DNA from: the human T2T-CHM13v2.0 reference genome, Homo sapiens | Direction: 5' to 3' (one strand) | DNA length: 64,000 nucleotides | Assembly (NCBI RefSeq): GCF_009914755.1 | Contig: NC_060934.1 | Shown: in pieces, positions 45,011-59,213 of the stretch | Layout of the letters: every line of letters begins with the position of its first letter | How positions within the stretch are numbered: position 1 is the stretch's first letter | The notes under the pieces: model-generated | What the model saw: the letters and a program-made list of their open reading frames with translations, nothing else | Databases searched by the model: none | What the model was told of the DNA's origin: nothing | Translations under genes and position numbers: made by a program

Positions 45011-47157
45011 CTTTTCTCTGATCCTTATTCTTTGCTTGTTTATTTTATAACATAATGTTCTACTTCTGTCTACATGTAGCCTCCTGTCTACATACAACTA
45101 CTTCTGTCTTGGACTACTTCCTCTGTTTTCTCTTCATTGTTATCAACTTTAGATATTTCATTTTGCCCATTGTTTGGGTGTGTCCTTGAAATAGAAAATT
45201 ATCACCATGTTCTGGTATTCCTGACACCTATGCCCAGACTCTATGGGATTTGACAGTTGATCAGCAAACCTCAGAGCCCTATCCTCAACCTGAGTGAGGC
45301 TTACTTAATATCATGAGATTGCCTGACTTTGTTATACCTTATTATTTTATAGTTTGATGGCAGGATTGCATTTTCTAAGAATATTGTTTATTGTAAATAT
45401 CTGTGTATGTACATATACACACACAAGGCATGTATGTACATGCTCATTTAGAGAAGTGTTAATTTCATTGGTACAAATACTTCACTAGAAGTACTAATAT
45501 AAATCACATTGTCTGGATTTTAGACACCCGTGTCAGCCTAATAGCAGCTGTGGGTGGAGGATGAAGGGCAGAGAAGCAGGAAGTGAAAATTGGGGATGGT
45601 TACCTTGAGATAATGTGGTTGGAGTGAATACTCTTGCACCTCTTCCCTGAATTTGAGCTCTATAGATCTCACCTGTTCTGGAATATATCCTATAATTTGC
45701 TTCAAAAGTGGGCTCCTTCTATTCATTTAGGAACTTCTTTTGACCCTGGACCATGGTTCTTAAAGACTCAGCTGCCAAGTCATTTTTAGGCTATTCATAT
45801 ATTATCCATGACAGAGCCAGAGTTAAGGAACAGACAGAATAGCTTGAGATGGCTTCCTGGAAAATGAAGATCTTTTCAAACAAAGTTAACATTATGGGCT
45901 GAATTTTTGAAGCTGCCTCTAAATGTGCATCTACGATTTTGCAAACACAGTCATTTGCAATCTCAAGTAATGGGATTTAGGCATCAACCTGATATAAGGG
46001 ATCAGATTTTAAGGCTATTGCAAACCAGGGTATGCTACAAATAATATTTAATTCAGCTCTCCTTTACATTTTTAAAATGGTACAGCAATTTAAAAATACA
46101 TTACATTTAAAATAATACATGCAAGGTCAGGAGGGGAAATGTGAAAGCTCAGCTTGCAAGCAGAAATCAGTTTCTACTTTGCTGATGGGGGCTACCCATG
46201 CTGTATGTCTGGTTGCATCTTGGCTGTGGAAGAGCTGTCTTAATGCTAAGACTAAAATGCAGTGTTCATATGGTGCACGTGGTAGTTAGCCATGGCACTG
46301 AGCAAGACAGAATGGTCAACTCTTTGGAAGAAGTCAAGACATGCCGGACCCTTGATGATTATGCTGAGTACCTGTGAGTTATGTGAGGTAGGAGGCATAT
46401 GTAGCTAATGACTTCTTTGCTATGAAAAGTGGGAGTCATGTTTGGTCCTGCCTTGGGAGATCTGAAAAGATTTGTGTGCATTAAACATGGAATTCAAAGA
46501 CAGCCACATCCACTCACCTAATCCAGTGTAGCAAAAATTCCATAGTGCACATGGCAACACCGGAAACACTGTTGTTTTCTCTTTCTCTGGCTTTGTGGCC
46601 AGTGATTCCTTAGTTAGAGGCACATGGCTTCCAAATACTTATTCCACCCAGATGATTATGCAAAGGGCATGAGAAATACTCATTTCGCTCAGAAATAGTG
46701 AAATCTAACTTTATTTTCACTCACTGATAATAAACTTGCAGAGGGGAGCAAACTTTACTTTTGTCACAGTGGGTGAGATTTCAGGGCCTTATTGTCTATG
46801 AGGGTGGTGGGTCAGAAAAACCCCCACATAAAGAGACTTTGACTACTGCCATCTTCCTGGAACTCAGATTGCCTTCAGTACTTGCATGTTACATTAAAAA
46901 ATGGGGAGAGTTGAATAGGTTGGTGGTGATGAGTTGTTCACTTCCATGAGCAGGAATAGGAGAATTGGAGGGCTAGGGAGAGGCCTAGAGAGAGAAGAGG
47001 TCAATGTTGAGCTCGGCGCCCAAGGAGAAAGTACCAAATTGAAGGCTTGGAGGCTGTTTGAAATGCAGGTTGGATACTTGGTTGCACGGAGGAGAAACCA
47101 TCCTTTCTTCCCTGTTGAGGAAATCTGTTATTGTTCTGCTCCAGTTTGGTCTGGGGC

Positions 47158-47522
47158 TGTGCATTAGTCAGTGCTGGCTGCCAAAACAAAATACCACAGA
47201 CTGGTTCCAGGCTTAAGCAACAGAAATTTGCAGTTCTGGAATCTGGAAGTGTGCGATCAGGGTGCCAGCATGGTTGGTTTCTGGTGAGGGCCCTCTTCCA
47301 GGTTGCAGAGGGCCACCTTCTGGATGTATCATCCCATGGCAGAGAGAGAGAGGGCAAGCTCTCTGGTGCACTTTCTTGTAAGGGCACTAATCACATTATG
47401 AGAGCCCCACCCTCATCCAAACCTAATCACTTCCCAAAGGCCTTATCTTCAGATACCATCAGTTTGGAGGTTAGAGCTTCAACATATTTTTTTTTTGGAG
47501 AGATACAATTCAGTCCATAGCA
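47158..47522 (-). mobile_element. MaLR solo LTR, MLT1A-like
   Basis: ttagtcagtgctggctgccaaaacaaaataccacagactgg, acctaatcacttcccaaaggcc and terminal attcagtccatagca. Confidence 0.9.
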
Positions 47523-47699
47523 GGATGTAAAACAGGGAACAACTTGGGAAGGAATGCAAAATTTCTAGAGACACTTCCACCAAGAGGTGTCCTGGAGCAG
47601 AAGTGGCTAAGGCTTGTCGGGGAAGTGGAGAGGCAATGCCAGAAATACAAATGTATTGTTTAAAAGACACAGACACACACTAGCCATTTTTTTTTTCTG

Positions 47700-49445
47700 G
47701 TTGGAAACACAATATATCTCATAATCATTCAAGGGAAGGCAAGAAAATAAAAAGAAAATAATTACCTATAATTTTACTGCCCAGAAAATACCTCTTAAAA
47801 AATCAAGTACGTCTTCATAGCCTTTTTTCCCTATTATAATATAGTATAATTTTAAACATATATTTAAATATTTTTCATTCAGATCATATTGTTGATAAAA
47901 TTTTATATCTTTTAAAAATGAAATTGAACATTCTCCTGTGCCATCCTCTACTCTTTCTAAACATTTTAAAGCTTGTATTGAATTATATTCTAATCTATGG
48001 ATATATAATAAATGTAATCATTCTTTTGTTATTTGATATTGATCTTCTGAAATTTTACTATTAAAGTAAACATTATAATGTTGTTTTAGAAACATTTAAG
48101 TAATTATTTGTTCAAGGTCTGATTATTATGATTTTTTTAGGATAGACTACCAAACTATATATATAAAAATATTGTCGTGTCAAATCCAAAGAGTTTACAC
48201 CTGTTTCCACTACAACTAAAATACCATTTCACTATACCACATAAAAATTTAATTTAAAGAAGTAGTCCATTTTAATATGCAAAAATGGGTTTTCCTTGTT
48301 TTAATTTGCATTTCTTATCAGACCAGTGAGTTTAGACATGCTTTCGTGTATTTATTAACCATTGTATTTTCTTTTATGTGACCATCTGTTTTTGTTTCTT
48401 CTTCATTATGGGTTCTTTATATTGTCTCTCATTTTGTTTCAATATTATAACGTTTATTCTTTGGTTTTTAATTGCATTATGCTTTTTAGCATACTTTGTA
48501 CTTACAAAAATTTATGTTATCGAATCTTTCATTTTCCCTTTATAATGTTTTTTATTATTTTATGTTTATCAAACACCCATAGCCTGTGATCATGTAAATA
48601 CAAACTTTTTATTTGAAATGCAGCCTTATTCAATCATATATATTAGATATTAGATATATATAAAAGGCATAAAAATATTTAGTATTTTCCAACAATATAT
48701 TTTAGAAATCTCATATTAATAGTTAACTATTTCATCTAGTGACTATATAACAATTTAATCATTTTAATAACTTAATAATTTTCCATACCAATGGATATTT
48801 TTAAGATTTATAGGATTTCTTTTTTTTTTTTAAGTAAAATGAAATGCAGTGAACATCTTTTCACTTAATTCTGTGCCCATATTTTGGACTGGTTTCCTCT
48901 GACGGTTTTTTACATAAGATAAACTCTGGTCAGAGGTTAGGAGCCCTCGAGGTCTCAAGGTTGGTGGCATTTCGCAGCTTTCGTTTTACTGGATTGGTCA
49001 GTCTTCTGTGCCCTGTGGCCAGAACACATTGTGTTTAATCGTGGTTTATAACACAATAGAGTGTCTGGCTGGGTAAGTCTCCTCTCTGCAAAATACAACC
49101 AAATAAAACCAAAATAGAACTCTTCTTTTTCAAAATATTCTTGGCTTATTTTACTTATTGATTCATCCAAATGAATTTAGAATCACCTTGTCATGTTTTA
49201 AAATATCTTCCTCCCCATAAAGCAACTAATTAGACTATTGATTAGAATCGCAGCCAAGCTATACATTCATTTGAAAATAATGGAATTTTTTTCAATATCC
49301 AGTTTTGAGTATTGGCCACATGGTTTGTCTCTCTTTTTATTCCATTCTGTGAATTCCTTAGTAAAGTTTTCTTCATATTAGCTCTACATGTTTTTAATTA
49401 ATGTTATTCCTATGAATGTTCAGTTTTGGTGCTATTGTAAGTAAA
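47700..49445 (-). mobile_element. Very old L1 (L1ME-like) fragments
   Basis: T-rich strand with ttgttttaatttgcatttct, gcagtgaacatctt and aatttagaatcaccttgtca; patchy similarity. Confidence 0.55.
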
Positions 49446-50470
49446 GACATGTTGCACACAGCATCTCTCTTCAGATTGGCATGACTGAACAGGGTAACCT
49501 TGAGATACATACGTAATTTGCCTAAGGACACATATAGTTGCTAGTCGATACCCTTAAATTCTTCAGACTACAGAGAGAATATGCTTTATAAACTTCAAGT
49601 TATTAGAAGAGTGTGATGTGAGTAAGGATAAACACCTGCGGGGATATTTGGGATCTAAATAAAAAGCTCTGCCCTTAATAGTTTTATGTGGCTTTTGGCA
49701 GTTGCATTTAACCTTTGTGACCAGTGCTCCACCAGTCAGAAAGGATACCAGATGCTACATCCTGCCTTTGCCTCCTGGCTGAATGTCATTCTTCTTAGCC
49801 TGGAGCACAGTAAGTGCTTAACAAATACCAGCTATAAAATTAATAATAAAACAGCTTATAATAAGAGGAGATAATTGGAATAAATGACTATCCTTGTTAA
49901 TTTGGTAGCAAATGGCACATAGCATCACTTTGAAACTAAGCAAGTTAGAAAGCATCTGCACTTTTTTTCAACATTCAAATCCCATTGCCTCATAGTCAGA
50001 GTTCATATTTCTGACCTGTTTTTCCAGCAATCAGCATATGGCTTATTATTATACTTGCTAAAACTACTATTTTTAGAGGAAAAATATTTCTGGCTTGATG
50101 TTAACAAAATTAAATAAAATTCAAAAGTCATCAAACTAAAGATTGTGTTGTATCAGATCATATGTACTTTAGCAGATGTGATGCAAATGTTGAGACAAAT
50201 TCTTGCATGTCTCAGAGGGACCATGGCCAGAAATGGAAAGCACCAAAAGAGTATTGAAGGAAGTATTAGGACTGCTCAGAAGGTAAAGGTCTCACATCAT
50301 CCTGGTGTTCCCAGAAAAGGGTTCCTGGAGGAGATAGGATGGAAGAATCTTGAAGAATGGTTTGAATTGGCAAGTAAGAAAGTGAAACAGATCCTTCTGG
50401 AAGGAAGAACAATTGGATCAAAGCTGAGGTCATATGTCTGGAGAGTAGTTAGTTAGTTGATCCGCTAGAA

Positions 50471-50645
50471 TAGCGTTTCTCAACCTCTATGTTTTTGACA
50501 TTTTGGGCTGGATAATTGTCATTTGCATTCTAAGATGTTGACCAGATCCCTGGTTTCTACTCAGTAAGTGCCTTCTGCACCCCTCTAGTTGTGCAGAATG
50601 TTCTCTGAGGCACAAAATATTTTGCCCCTCACTCCCAGCAACTCT
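50471..50645. mobile_element. MER20-like hAT MITE
   Basis: gtttctcaacctc..ttgacattttgggctggataatt, atccctggtttctactca and cccctctagttgtg. Confidence 0.7.
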
Positions 50646-53019
50646 GTTAGGAAAAAAAAGTTTGTGTCGAGGAGCAATGAGAAATAAAGCAGGGATATAG
50701 ACCAGATTCAGATTGTGAAGCACCTCACATGCCAGATAAGTGGTTTGGACTTGCCTATCTTGGTAATAGAGGACATTCATCTTTTGTGCAAGAGAATGGC
50801 ATGATATTCATGTTTTATGAAGATTTATTAACATTTGGCACTTTCTTGTGATGCTTAAGTGCATTTATATGCCACTCTCTGTCAATAGATGAGCTACTGA
50901 CTTATGACAGATGCAAATCTTCTAAAGCATCCTGATCTCAAGTTCCATTCTCTGGTGAAAAATTATACAGTTGTACACTTTAAATGCGTGTACCAAATGT
51001 ACATTTTTTGAAACCATACATTTTTGTTTAATTGAAAACAGCATTAAACATTTTTAAAAACTAAACTGAAGATAATCATTTTAACACAATACTTTCTTCC
51101 TTTCTTGCTCTCTTTTAAGTTTTGTACACATGAAAATAATTTCTCACAAAATTTCAGTTAGATTGTATGACTATTTTACATCTTTTAAAAAAACTTACAC
51201 CTAACATTAACAGTTTGCTGCATATGTACATAGTAATCATAAGGATCATTTTGGTAGTGGCAGAATATTCCACTGAATTGATATACTCTCATTTATACTA
51301 AAGAGTTATAGAAAAGTTAGAGTGGGAAGAACCATGAGAGATTATGTGGTCTAGTGATTTCTCCAACAGTGCTCTTGGAAGCCTTATGGGTAGTCTGATG
51401 CATTGCCTAAGGGACTACATTAGGTATAGAGAAGGCTTGGGATGCTTAGTGATCAAGTTCTTACACCCTTCATTTTTGCTCCAGCCAGAAGTACTCAGAT
51501 TCTTAATTAGCTTTGTATATTGGACTTCTGTATAAGTTTTTTTTAATGACAGAAGACCATTCATTAAAGAAGCAAATGAAAATGTTTAGAAAATCATTGA
51601 TCTAGAATGGTCTTTTCATTTCACACAAGCTACATATGGGTATAACAGTCTCCAGGTTGTCTTTCCTTAGTGCCCACACCACCCTGAAGTGTCTAATTCC
51701 ATAGCGTAGACACTGCTTGAATGGTTAAAGTCTTTGCTAAACTACCCAAACCATTGTTTTAGGAGGATGCCACCTGGTGACCCATTGCTCTATCAGTGGG
51801 CTCACCCTGATTTGGCAAGAAGAAAACTGGCCACACTCACATGGACATGATTTTGGCAAGTTTGGTGCTAATGCACTGGATTGGAAGAAATAGACCCCTT
51901 CATTTACTTGGTGGCGAATGGCACTGAGGATCATCCACTCTCACCCTAGCCTGTTTTGTTCTCAAAGAGATGCCTAAAATAGATTCTTCAAGCAATTAGG
52001 CTTTTTCAGCTGTCAGTGTATTGCTTGTCAAAGGCACTGGCCTTCTTCCTGTATACATGTCTGTATTTCTGAACGTAGCGTATTCTACCATTTCAATCCT
52101 CATTGCTTACAAATACAATGAGGGACAAAATTCTCATTTAGGAATCCTGAAATCTTTCCAAATCAGGACACGTTCTCCCCTTTTAGGCATCTCACCTGCT
52201 TCTGCTGTTTGAAAAGACAATCTGGATGATGGATTAGGGGCTTGTCCCACCTCCTCTCATCTCCCCGCTGGACAGCCATGTCATATTCCGACATTCTCCA
52301 ACCTTTTCCCCTAACAGTGTGTTGAAGAGAGCTGTCAAGTAATTTGGGCAGAACTGTGCACAATGGAGGCAGAGAGAGATGGAACCCCTGGGGGATCCCA
52401 GCTCTGCAGACTTAGCATTTTGGATGGATGCAAGGAGACTGAAGCATTGAAAAGGTCAGACCCTGGAACCAGTCTGATCTATAAAAGGCACCACAGTGTG
52501 CAATAATTGTCAATGAGTGGGCTAAAAGCACTGGGGGATTTAAAATGGGATGGCCTTGCGCTTCTCCAAGTGATACTGGGAATGAGAGGTCTGAGATCCC
52601 ATCCTGCTTCCTAACATTTCTTAACATTGCTATCTTCATTTAACGAGTGTCATGGAAGGATGTGACAGTGAAATAGAACAAATGGAGTTGGGTTATATGA
52701 TTGTTTTCCACTTTTAAAGAAAGGGAAATTTAGAACATGAGTTACATTATTGAGGGAAACATACCTTCATCCATTTTTTTAAATGAGATTTGTTAGGATT
52801 TTTCCAGAGCTGAAAGAAACTCAACAGGTTAGGGAGAAGAAAACACTTCATGGACTCTGCAGTGTAATGGAAAGAGCATTGGAGTAGGAGACAGGACTTC
52901 TGGTTGCTAATTCTACTCCTGCCACTGGGCAGCCAGGCCTTGGGGCACTAGTAGGATTTCTCTGGCTTTCTGCATCCTCATCTGTAAAATTCAAAGGGGT
53001 GATGACCAAGGGAGAACCG

Positions 53020-53356
53020 GCAGTGAATACCTGAGGTGCTTGCTAAAAATGCAGACTCTAGATAGAAGGAATAAATGCAATGTTCAATAGAATAGAGTAG
53101 AATAACTATACTTAAAAAATATATTGTACTTGGGTGAGGGATGCCCTAAATATCCTCAGTCACTATGCATCATATACATGTAAAAATTATGTACCCCACA
53201 ACTTTGCACAAATAAAAAGAAATTTTAAAAATGCCGATAGTTTCTTCGGCCCCACCTGGAAATCCCTGCTCTGGATCTCTGGACCTGGGCCTCAGGAATC
53301 TCCATCTGAACAAGCTCTCCTGGCAATGCCTTTGTACACTAGATTTTGAGAACCAG
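53020..53356. mobile_element. MER5A-like element split by an L1MA-type 3' fragment (about 53056-53225)
   Basis: MER5 halves (acctgaggtgcttgctaaaaatgcaga; ggccccacc..ttttgagaaccag) flank an L1 tail; duplication taaaaatgc(a/c)ga at 53044-53055 and 53226-53237. Confidence 0.75.
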
Positions 53357-53879
53357 AGGAGGTAGTTAAGAGGTCATTTTGAAAACCAGGGAGACAAATT
53401 AGTGGAGTCCCAGGTGTTCCCCTTTGAGTAGTACAAACTGGTTCCCCCTTATCAAAAACCCCCTCTTTTCTCCACCGTGCTTGAAATACACAGTGGAAAG
53501 GGTTGTTCCAACCAATGAAGACATTGGCACCTCCAGGCATCTTTTCAAAATACATACACTCCCTGCTAGATGAGATAATATACTTCCGTGTGCTTTGCAG
53601 GCTGCAAAGAATCTTTAAAATGCTTCATAACTGTAAAATGCTATATTGTTTTAGACTTTATTAAAATAATGCCTGTAGTTTTTATTAACATTATGACATG
53701 AATGAGGTTACTGATTTTATCTATGCCTGTTTAGATGTACTTAGGAATTCCATTGAAAAGACACTTTTGAGTCCCTACTCTTTGAACAGTGTATACATAG
53801 AAAGGGATATGAAGGACGGTAGGTAGGGGTTGTTCCAATTTCTGACTCTCTCTAAGGTAATAAATTATGCATTCAAGCC

Positions 53880-54256
53880 CATTGCCATGGGACTCTCAGT
53901 GTTTTTCCACTGTATGCAGTGAGCATTTCCCCAATCCCTTGGCTTGGGATCATCCATGTGACTTGCTTTGGCTGAGTTTAGCAAATGTGACACAAGCGGA
54001 AGCTCTGTCATTGCACTGTAGCTGTGGCCCCTCACCCCAGGCCCCATCACGAACCCACAGAGCAACCTGAGCCTTCCCCTCTATGGGATGCCAAGCTCTG
54101 CTGGATTCATAGCATGAAGCAGAGCCTCGCATTGAGCCCAGCCTAGAAAAGCTGATCCCAGCTGGCCTTAGATGTACCAGCAAAATACATAACTGTTGGT
54201 TTAAGCTGCTGAATGTTGAGGTAGTTTATTATGCAGCAAAAGCTAAGCTGATACAG
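53880..54256 (+). mobile_element. Old MaLR LTR (MLT1-type)
   Basis: ccatgtgacttgctttggc and tttaagctgctgaatgttgaggtagtttattatgcagcaaaagctaagctgataca. Confidence 0.7.
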
Positions 54257-54905
54257 TAGGACAAAGACAAGTTGAGACAACTGGACAAATGGCTGATACA
54301 AAGGATTGTTAGGTACCAGGAGACAGATACAGCCTGTGATAGAGGTGTCAGAGGAGTGGCATCAGTAATGTGTTCATGGAGGAGTTGGAATTTGAGGGGG
54401 GTTTGAAAGATGGTTTCAATTTCAACAGGCAAGCTTGTGTGCGTGCTTGTGGATCCTCTGGCATGGTGGGTAATGGCGGACATTTCAGTCACAGGAAGGA
54501 GAAAGAAGAGAAACAGAAAAGCATGAGGTGTGTTTAGGAAATTGTTAGTAGGTCAGTCTGTCAAGAAGTTCGGATTCTATGCTTGGAGAGAGAGAGATTG
54601 GCCGATAAGCCTAGAAAAGAAGATTAAAGTGATAACTTAGAGGCTTTAAATGCCAGGCTAAAGATTTTGCAGTTAATACAGTGCACCTTTAAAGGGTTCC
54701 ACTCAGGGGCAGAGCATGCTCAGGACTGGTCTTTAGGAAGCTCATTTTTACAGCAGGGTGAAGGGCAAATTACACAAGGAAGAGCTGGGGACGAGGTGGC
54801 CAATTAAAAGGCTATTCATTACTGGGGGCAGTGAGTCCTGGAAAGAGAAGATGGAAATCCAGGGAATTCTAGAAGATGTGGTTTGCAATTTAAAAAAGTT
54901 AAAAA

Positions 54906-55215
<310 letters not shown>

Positions 55216-55534
55216 TTAAAAACAATTTAAGTATAGAAAATAAATTCAAATTCGTTTGCAGTCTTAAAATGTTTCCTGTAATGTGTAACATCTAGAAACT
55301 AGAGTTCTACTTGGAAACAAATTCACAAGTTATGGTGGCCACCAATTTATAGACTTTACAAATAATTTTTTAAACAAGGGCTCAAATTCAGCATAATATT
55401 TACACATTTGTTGGAAAGCTGTGCTCTGGACTTAGGTATCATTTCTCCCAGGGTAAGAAAGCACTGAAGAAAGTTCTCTGAGTAGTTTTGTGTTTGTTTT
55501 GTGGGGGTGAGGTAGGGTGGGAGAGATGTTTTAA

Positions 55535-55842
<308 letters not shown>

Positions 55843-55874
55843 CCCTTTTTTTAAATAGACCTCCAAATAGAGAG

Positions 55875-55916
55875 TGGGTGACAGAGCGAGACCCTATCTC
55901 AAAAAAAAAAAAAAAA
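55875..55916 (+). mobile_element. Alu 3'-terminal fragment (26 bp plus A16)
   Basis: tgggtgacagagcgagaccctatctc followed by poly(A). Confidence 0.85.
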
Positions 55917-58564
55917 GTTGTGTTCAGGAGGTTTAGGAGCTCTCAGGAACACCACCACCTTTGAGGAATGAGGGATATGGCATGGGTGGAGAAAGAGGCT
56001 GCCTGTGATACAGGTGCAGCAGCTGATCCTATAGCACTTGTGTAGCTGGGATGGCCCTTCAGAAATGTCCAGCCTTGAACCAAAGGATTGGGTCTTTATA
56101 TCTCCACAGTGACTGGCCATGAGATGTGGGCTGCCACCAGGGGAGGGGTGTGACCCTAATGAGGTGGCTGTCATCAGCTGCGGAAAATTCCCAGAGAGTG
56201 ACCCAGCTGAGAGCCATGAGCCACCCACACCTCAACACTTAGGATAAATTCCTGGGACAGAGGGGGATTCAGGTGGCATCCACCTTTGGAGAGAGTTATT
56301 TATTTCAAATTCTTGTTATTTTCCTAAGAGGCAAGATTAATTTTGATAATAATGGTGGTAAATAACAATGAAATAATACATGAATAGCAATAACAATAAG
56401 ACATTATTGTTTACTGAGGGCTTATGTGATGTCAAGCAATGTGCTAAGTCCACAGCATGCATTACTGCACTTATGTTTTTAAGAAGCATGCAGGTGGAAT
56501 AATGTAGTGGCCCAGTGTATGGGGTTGGCCGCAGACTGTGTAGGTTTAAACTGCTAATTAGCTGTGTGTCTTGGGCACCCAGGGCCTCAGTTTCTTCATT
56601 GAAAAAACGGTATTCTAATAACAACAGTAATCTGTCTCCTAGGGTTGTGGTGTTATACGAATCAGAAAATAGTGGAGCTGGTTTGTGAGCTAGAAAGTGG
56701 GAGAACTGTTCTTTCTGGGTTCAAAGCCCATGTTGTCAAATTTAACTTTTGGTGTTTGTGGGAGGGTAGACCAGAGCAGGTGCCACGATAGGGACCCGGT
56801 GTAGTGGGAGGGTGTTGAGTATTTCAGCGGTTGGAGAGGTCAAGGTTAAAAGTGCAGTGAAGGACAGAAGGGTAAGAGGCAGAAGGGTGTGGAAGACCGT
56901 CAAGCTCACAGTGTTTACCTGTCTTTCCCAGCAAGGGCTAGCCCCATTATAAAAAGAACAAAACCTAAAGACTCAAAACTTCATTCCTTTCTGTACTGAA
57001 CCCCACCCTTGATTGTTTGTCCAAGGAAGTGCCCAGTTTCTTGACTGTCCTCCATGGCCTGGATCATGCTTGTGAGGCACTTTCATCTAGCCCCACCACA
57101 GTGCCAGGCTCCATCAGACACCTTTTGGTGGAGATGATGGTCTTTTAGGCTCAGAAATCTACTCTGGTTATATAAGGAGGCTTGTCACCTCACGTATGGT
57201 TGCTGAACTGGGAAGTGGGTGGAACGAAAGAAACAGCAGCCGGGGGAAGTGACCATGAAGAAACTTACTGTTGTATGTCATTAATCGCTAATTGCTGAAT
57301 GATTTTATTATATGGCAGCCATAAAATATCACTTGAGGTTTTACAGCCTGTGCTAGCTTTAAGAAAACAATTCCTTATGTCAAAATGACTATTAAATTAA
57401 CTGATTCCATATTAAACATCCTATGGACTCCCGATGATTTATGAGGCTGTATAATGACTAAGAATCCTTCCTTTCTGCTGCTCTCAGGAAACCAGCAGCC
57501 ATTTTTGGAACAGCTACCGACCTTGGCAACCTGAGAGATGTGCTGGTTTCTAAGACATCTGGACAATTGGAGTTAAAACACTCTCATTTTACAGATAAGG
57601 AAACTGAGCCCCAGGGAGATAAAGTGACTTAACCAGAATCACTGTGTAGACAAAGTGGCCACACTGTATCTGTTGTGCTGATGTTACTAATAATTATTTA
57701 TTTGTCCTGTTATTCCCAGCCATCCCTACTGTCTCTCTTTAATAAAAGGCAAATTGAATCTTGGAAAACTCTTTTGTATATAACTTCAAATATAATCACT
57801 TGTGAGATAAGGTGTGATGCCTTTCGGTCACACCTATTTACATTTGTTGCCCTGAATTTGCTTTTACATGTTTTTGGTGGAGGTAGACCCAGTAAATTGA
57901 CTGACAATAATTGTTTGGGCCTTGCAAGGTATTTCCACCAGAGCATTTGCACCTTCACACTTGGAGCACTGTGGGGATGCTGAATAGACACCAGCCATGT
58001 CCCCTCCTTCAAAGAGCTCAGAATCCAGCCAGGAGACCTGATCCTCGGGTGTCACATGCTGTATTGATAAAAGACTATTGAAAGAAGCCTGGAGAAGTAG
58101 TTAGCCTAAAGTTACTGAGCTAGAGAAAGCTGAACAAGTCAGCCAGTAGCCTATGCAGCCAGTCGCAGCTCTGCGGTGTTCCTGTAGTCCTCTCTATGGT
58201 AGCAGCTCTGAGCATGCTGCTAGTTCCCCATAGTGCCTGCAGATGGCCCCAGAGTGCTGCCGGAGCATGACTTCACCACTCATTAATTGATTACTTCAAG
58301 CAACATTTGTTGAACATCTGCTAGGAGTCAGGCACTGAACTAGGCATTAGGAAACAATGGTGGGTGAAACAGACACCGTCTCTGCCCTCTTAGCACTTAT
58401 GGTGTAGCAAGGAAACAGGAAGAAATCAAATAATCAGACAATTAAAGTTGTGATTACTAACTGTGGTAAGAGCAATTTAAGATGATTAAAGGTTGCCATG
58501 GTGAGTGTAAAACCAAGGGATCTAGTGTAGACTGGAACTCCGAAAGGCCTTCCTTAATCGTCTG

Positions 58565-59213
58565 TGAATTAGTCAGGGCTCTCCAGAGAGAGAACCAATA
58601 GGAGATAGATAGATACAAAGCTGGATGGATGATTGATAGATAGATATAGATGGATGAGAGGGAATTTATTAGGGGAATTGGCTCGTGCAATTATAGAGGT
58701 TGAAAGGTACCCCAATAGGTCTTCTGTAAGCTGGAGACCCAGGGAAGCTGCTGGCATGGCTCAGTCCAAGTCCAACAGTCTCAGAATCAGTGAAGCTGAG
58801 GGTATGAATCTCAGTCTGAGGCCGAAGGCTTGAGAACCTGGGCGGGGGGTTGCTGGTTGAAGTCCAGGAGTCCAAAGTTCAGAGATTCTGGAGTTCTGAT
58901 GTTCAAGGGTGGGAGAAGAAGGGTATCTCAGCTTTGGGGAAGGGAGGGAGATAGCTGCAGAGAAGGAGGTAGGGAAGGAGATAAAAAGGGAGAGAGAAAG
59001 AATTCACCTTTCCTCTTTTTGTTCTCTCCAGGCCCCCAGCCCACTGAGTGATGCCTGCCCATAGTGAGGGCAGATCTTCCCCACCCAGTCCACTGGCTCA
59101 CACGCCAATCTCCTTTGGAAACACCCTCACAGATATACCCAGAAATAATAGTTTACCAATTCTCTAGGTATTCCTTAGTCCAATCAAGTTGACATGTAAA
59201 ATTAAACATCATA
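58565..59213 (-). mobile_element. ERVL solo LTR, MLT2B-like
   Basis: attagtcagggctctccagagagagaaccaatagga, GATA-rich run, ggaaacaccctcacagatatacccagaaataat and caatcaagttgaca..aaaattaa. Confidence 0.9.
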
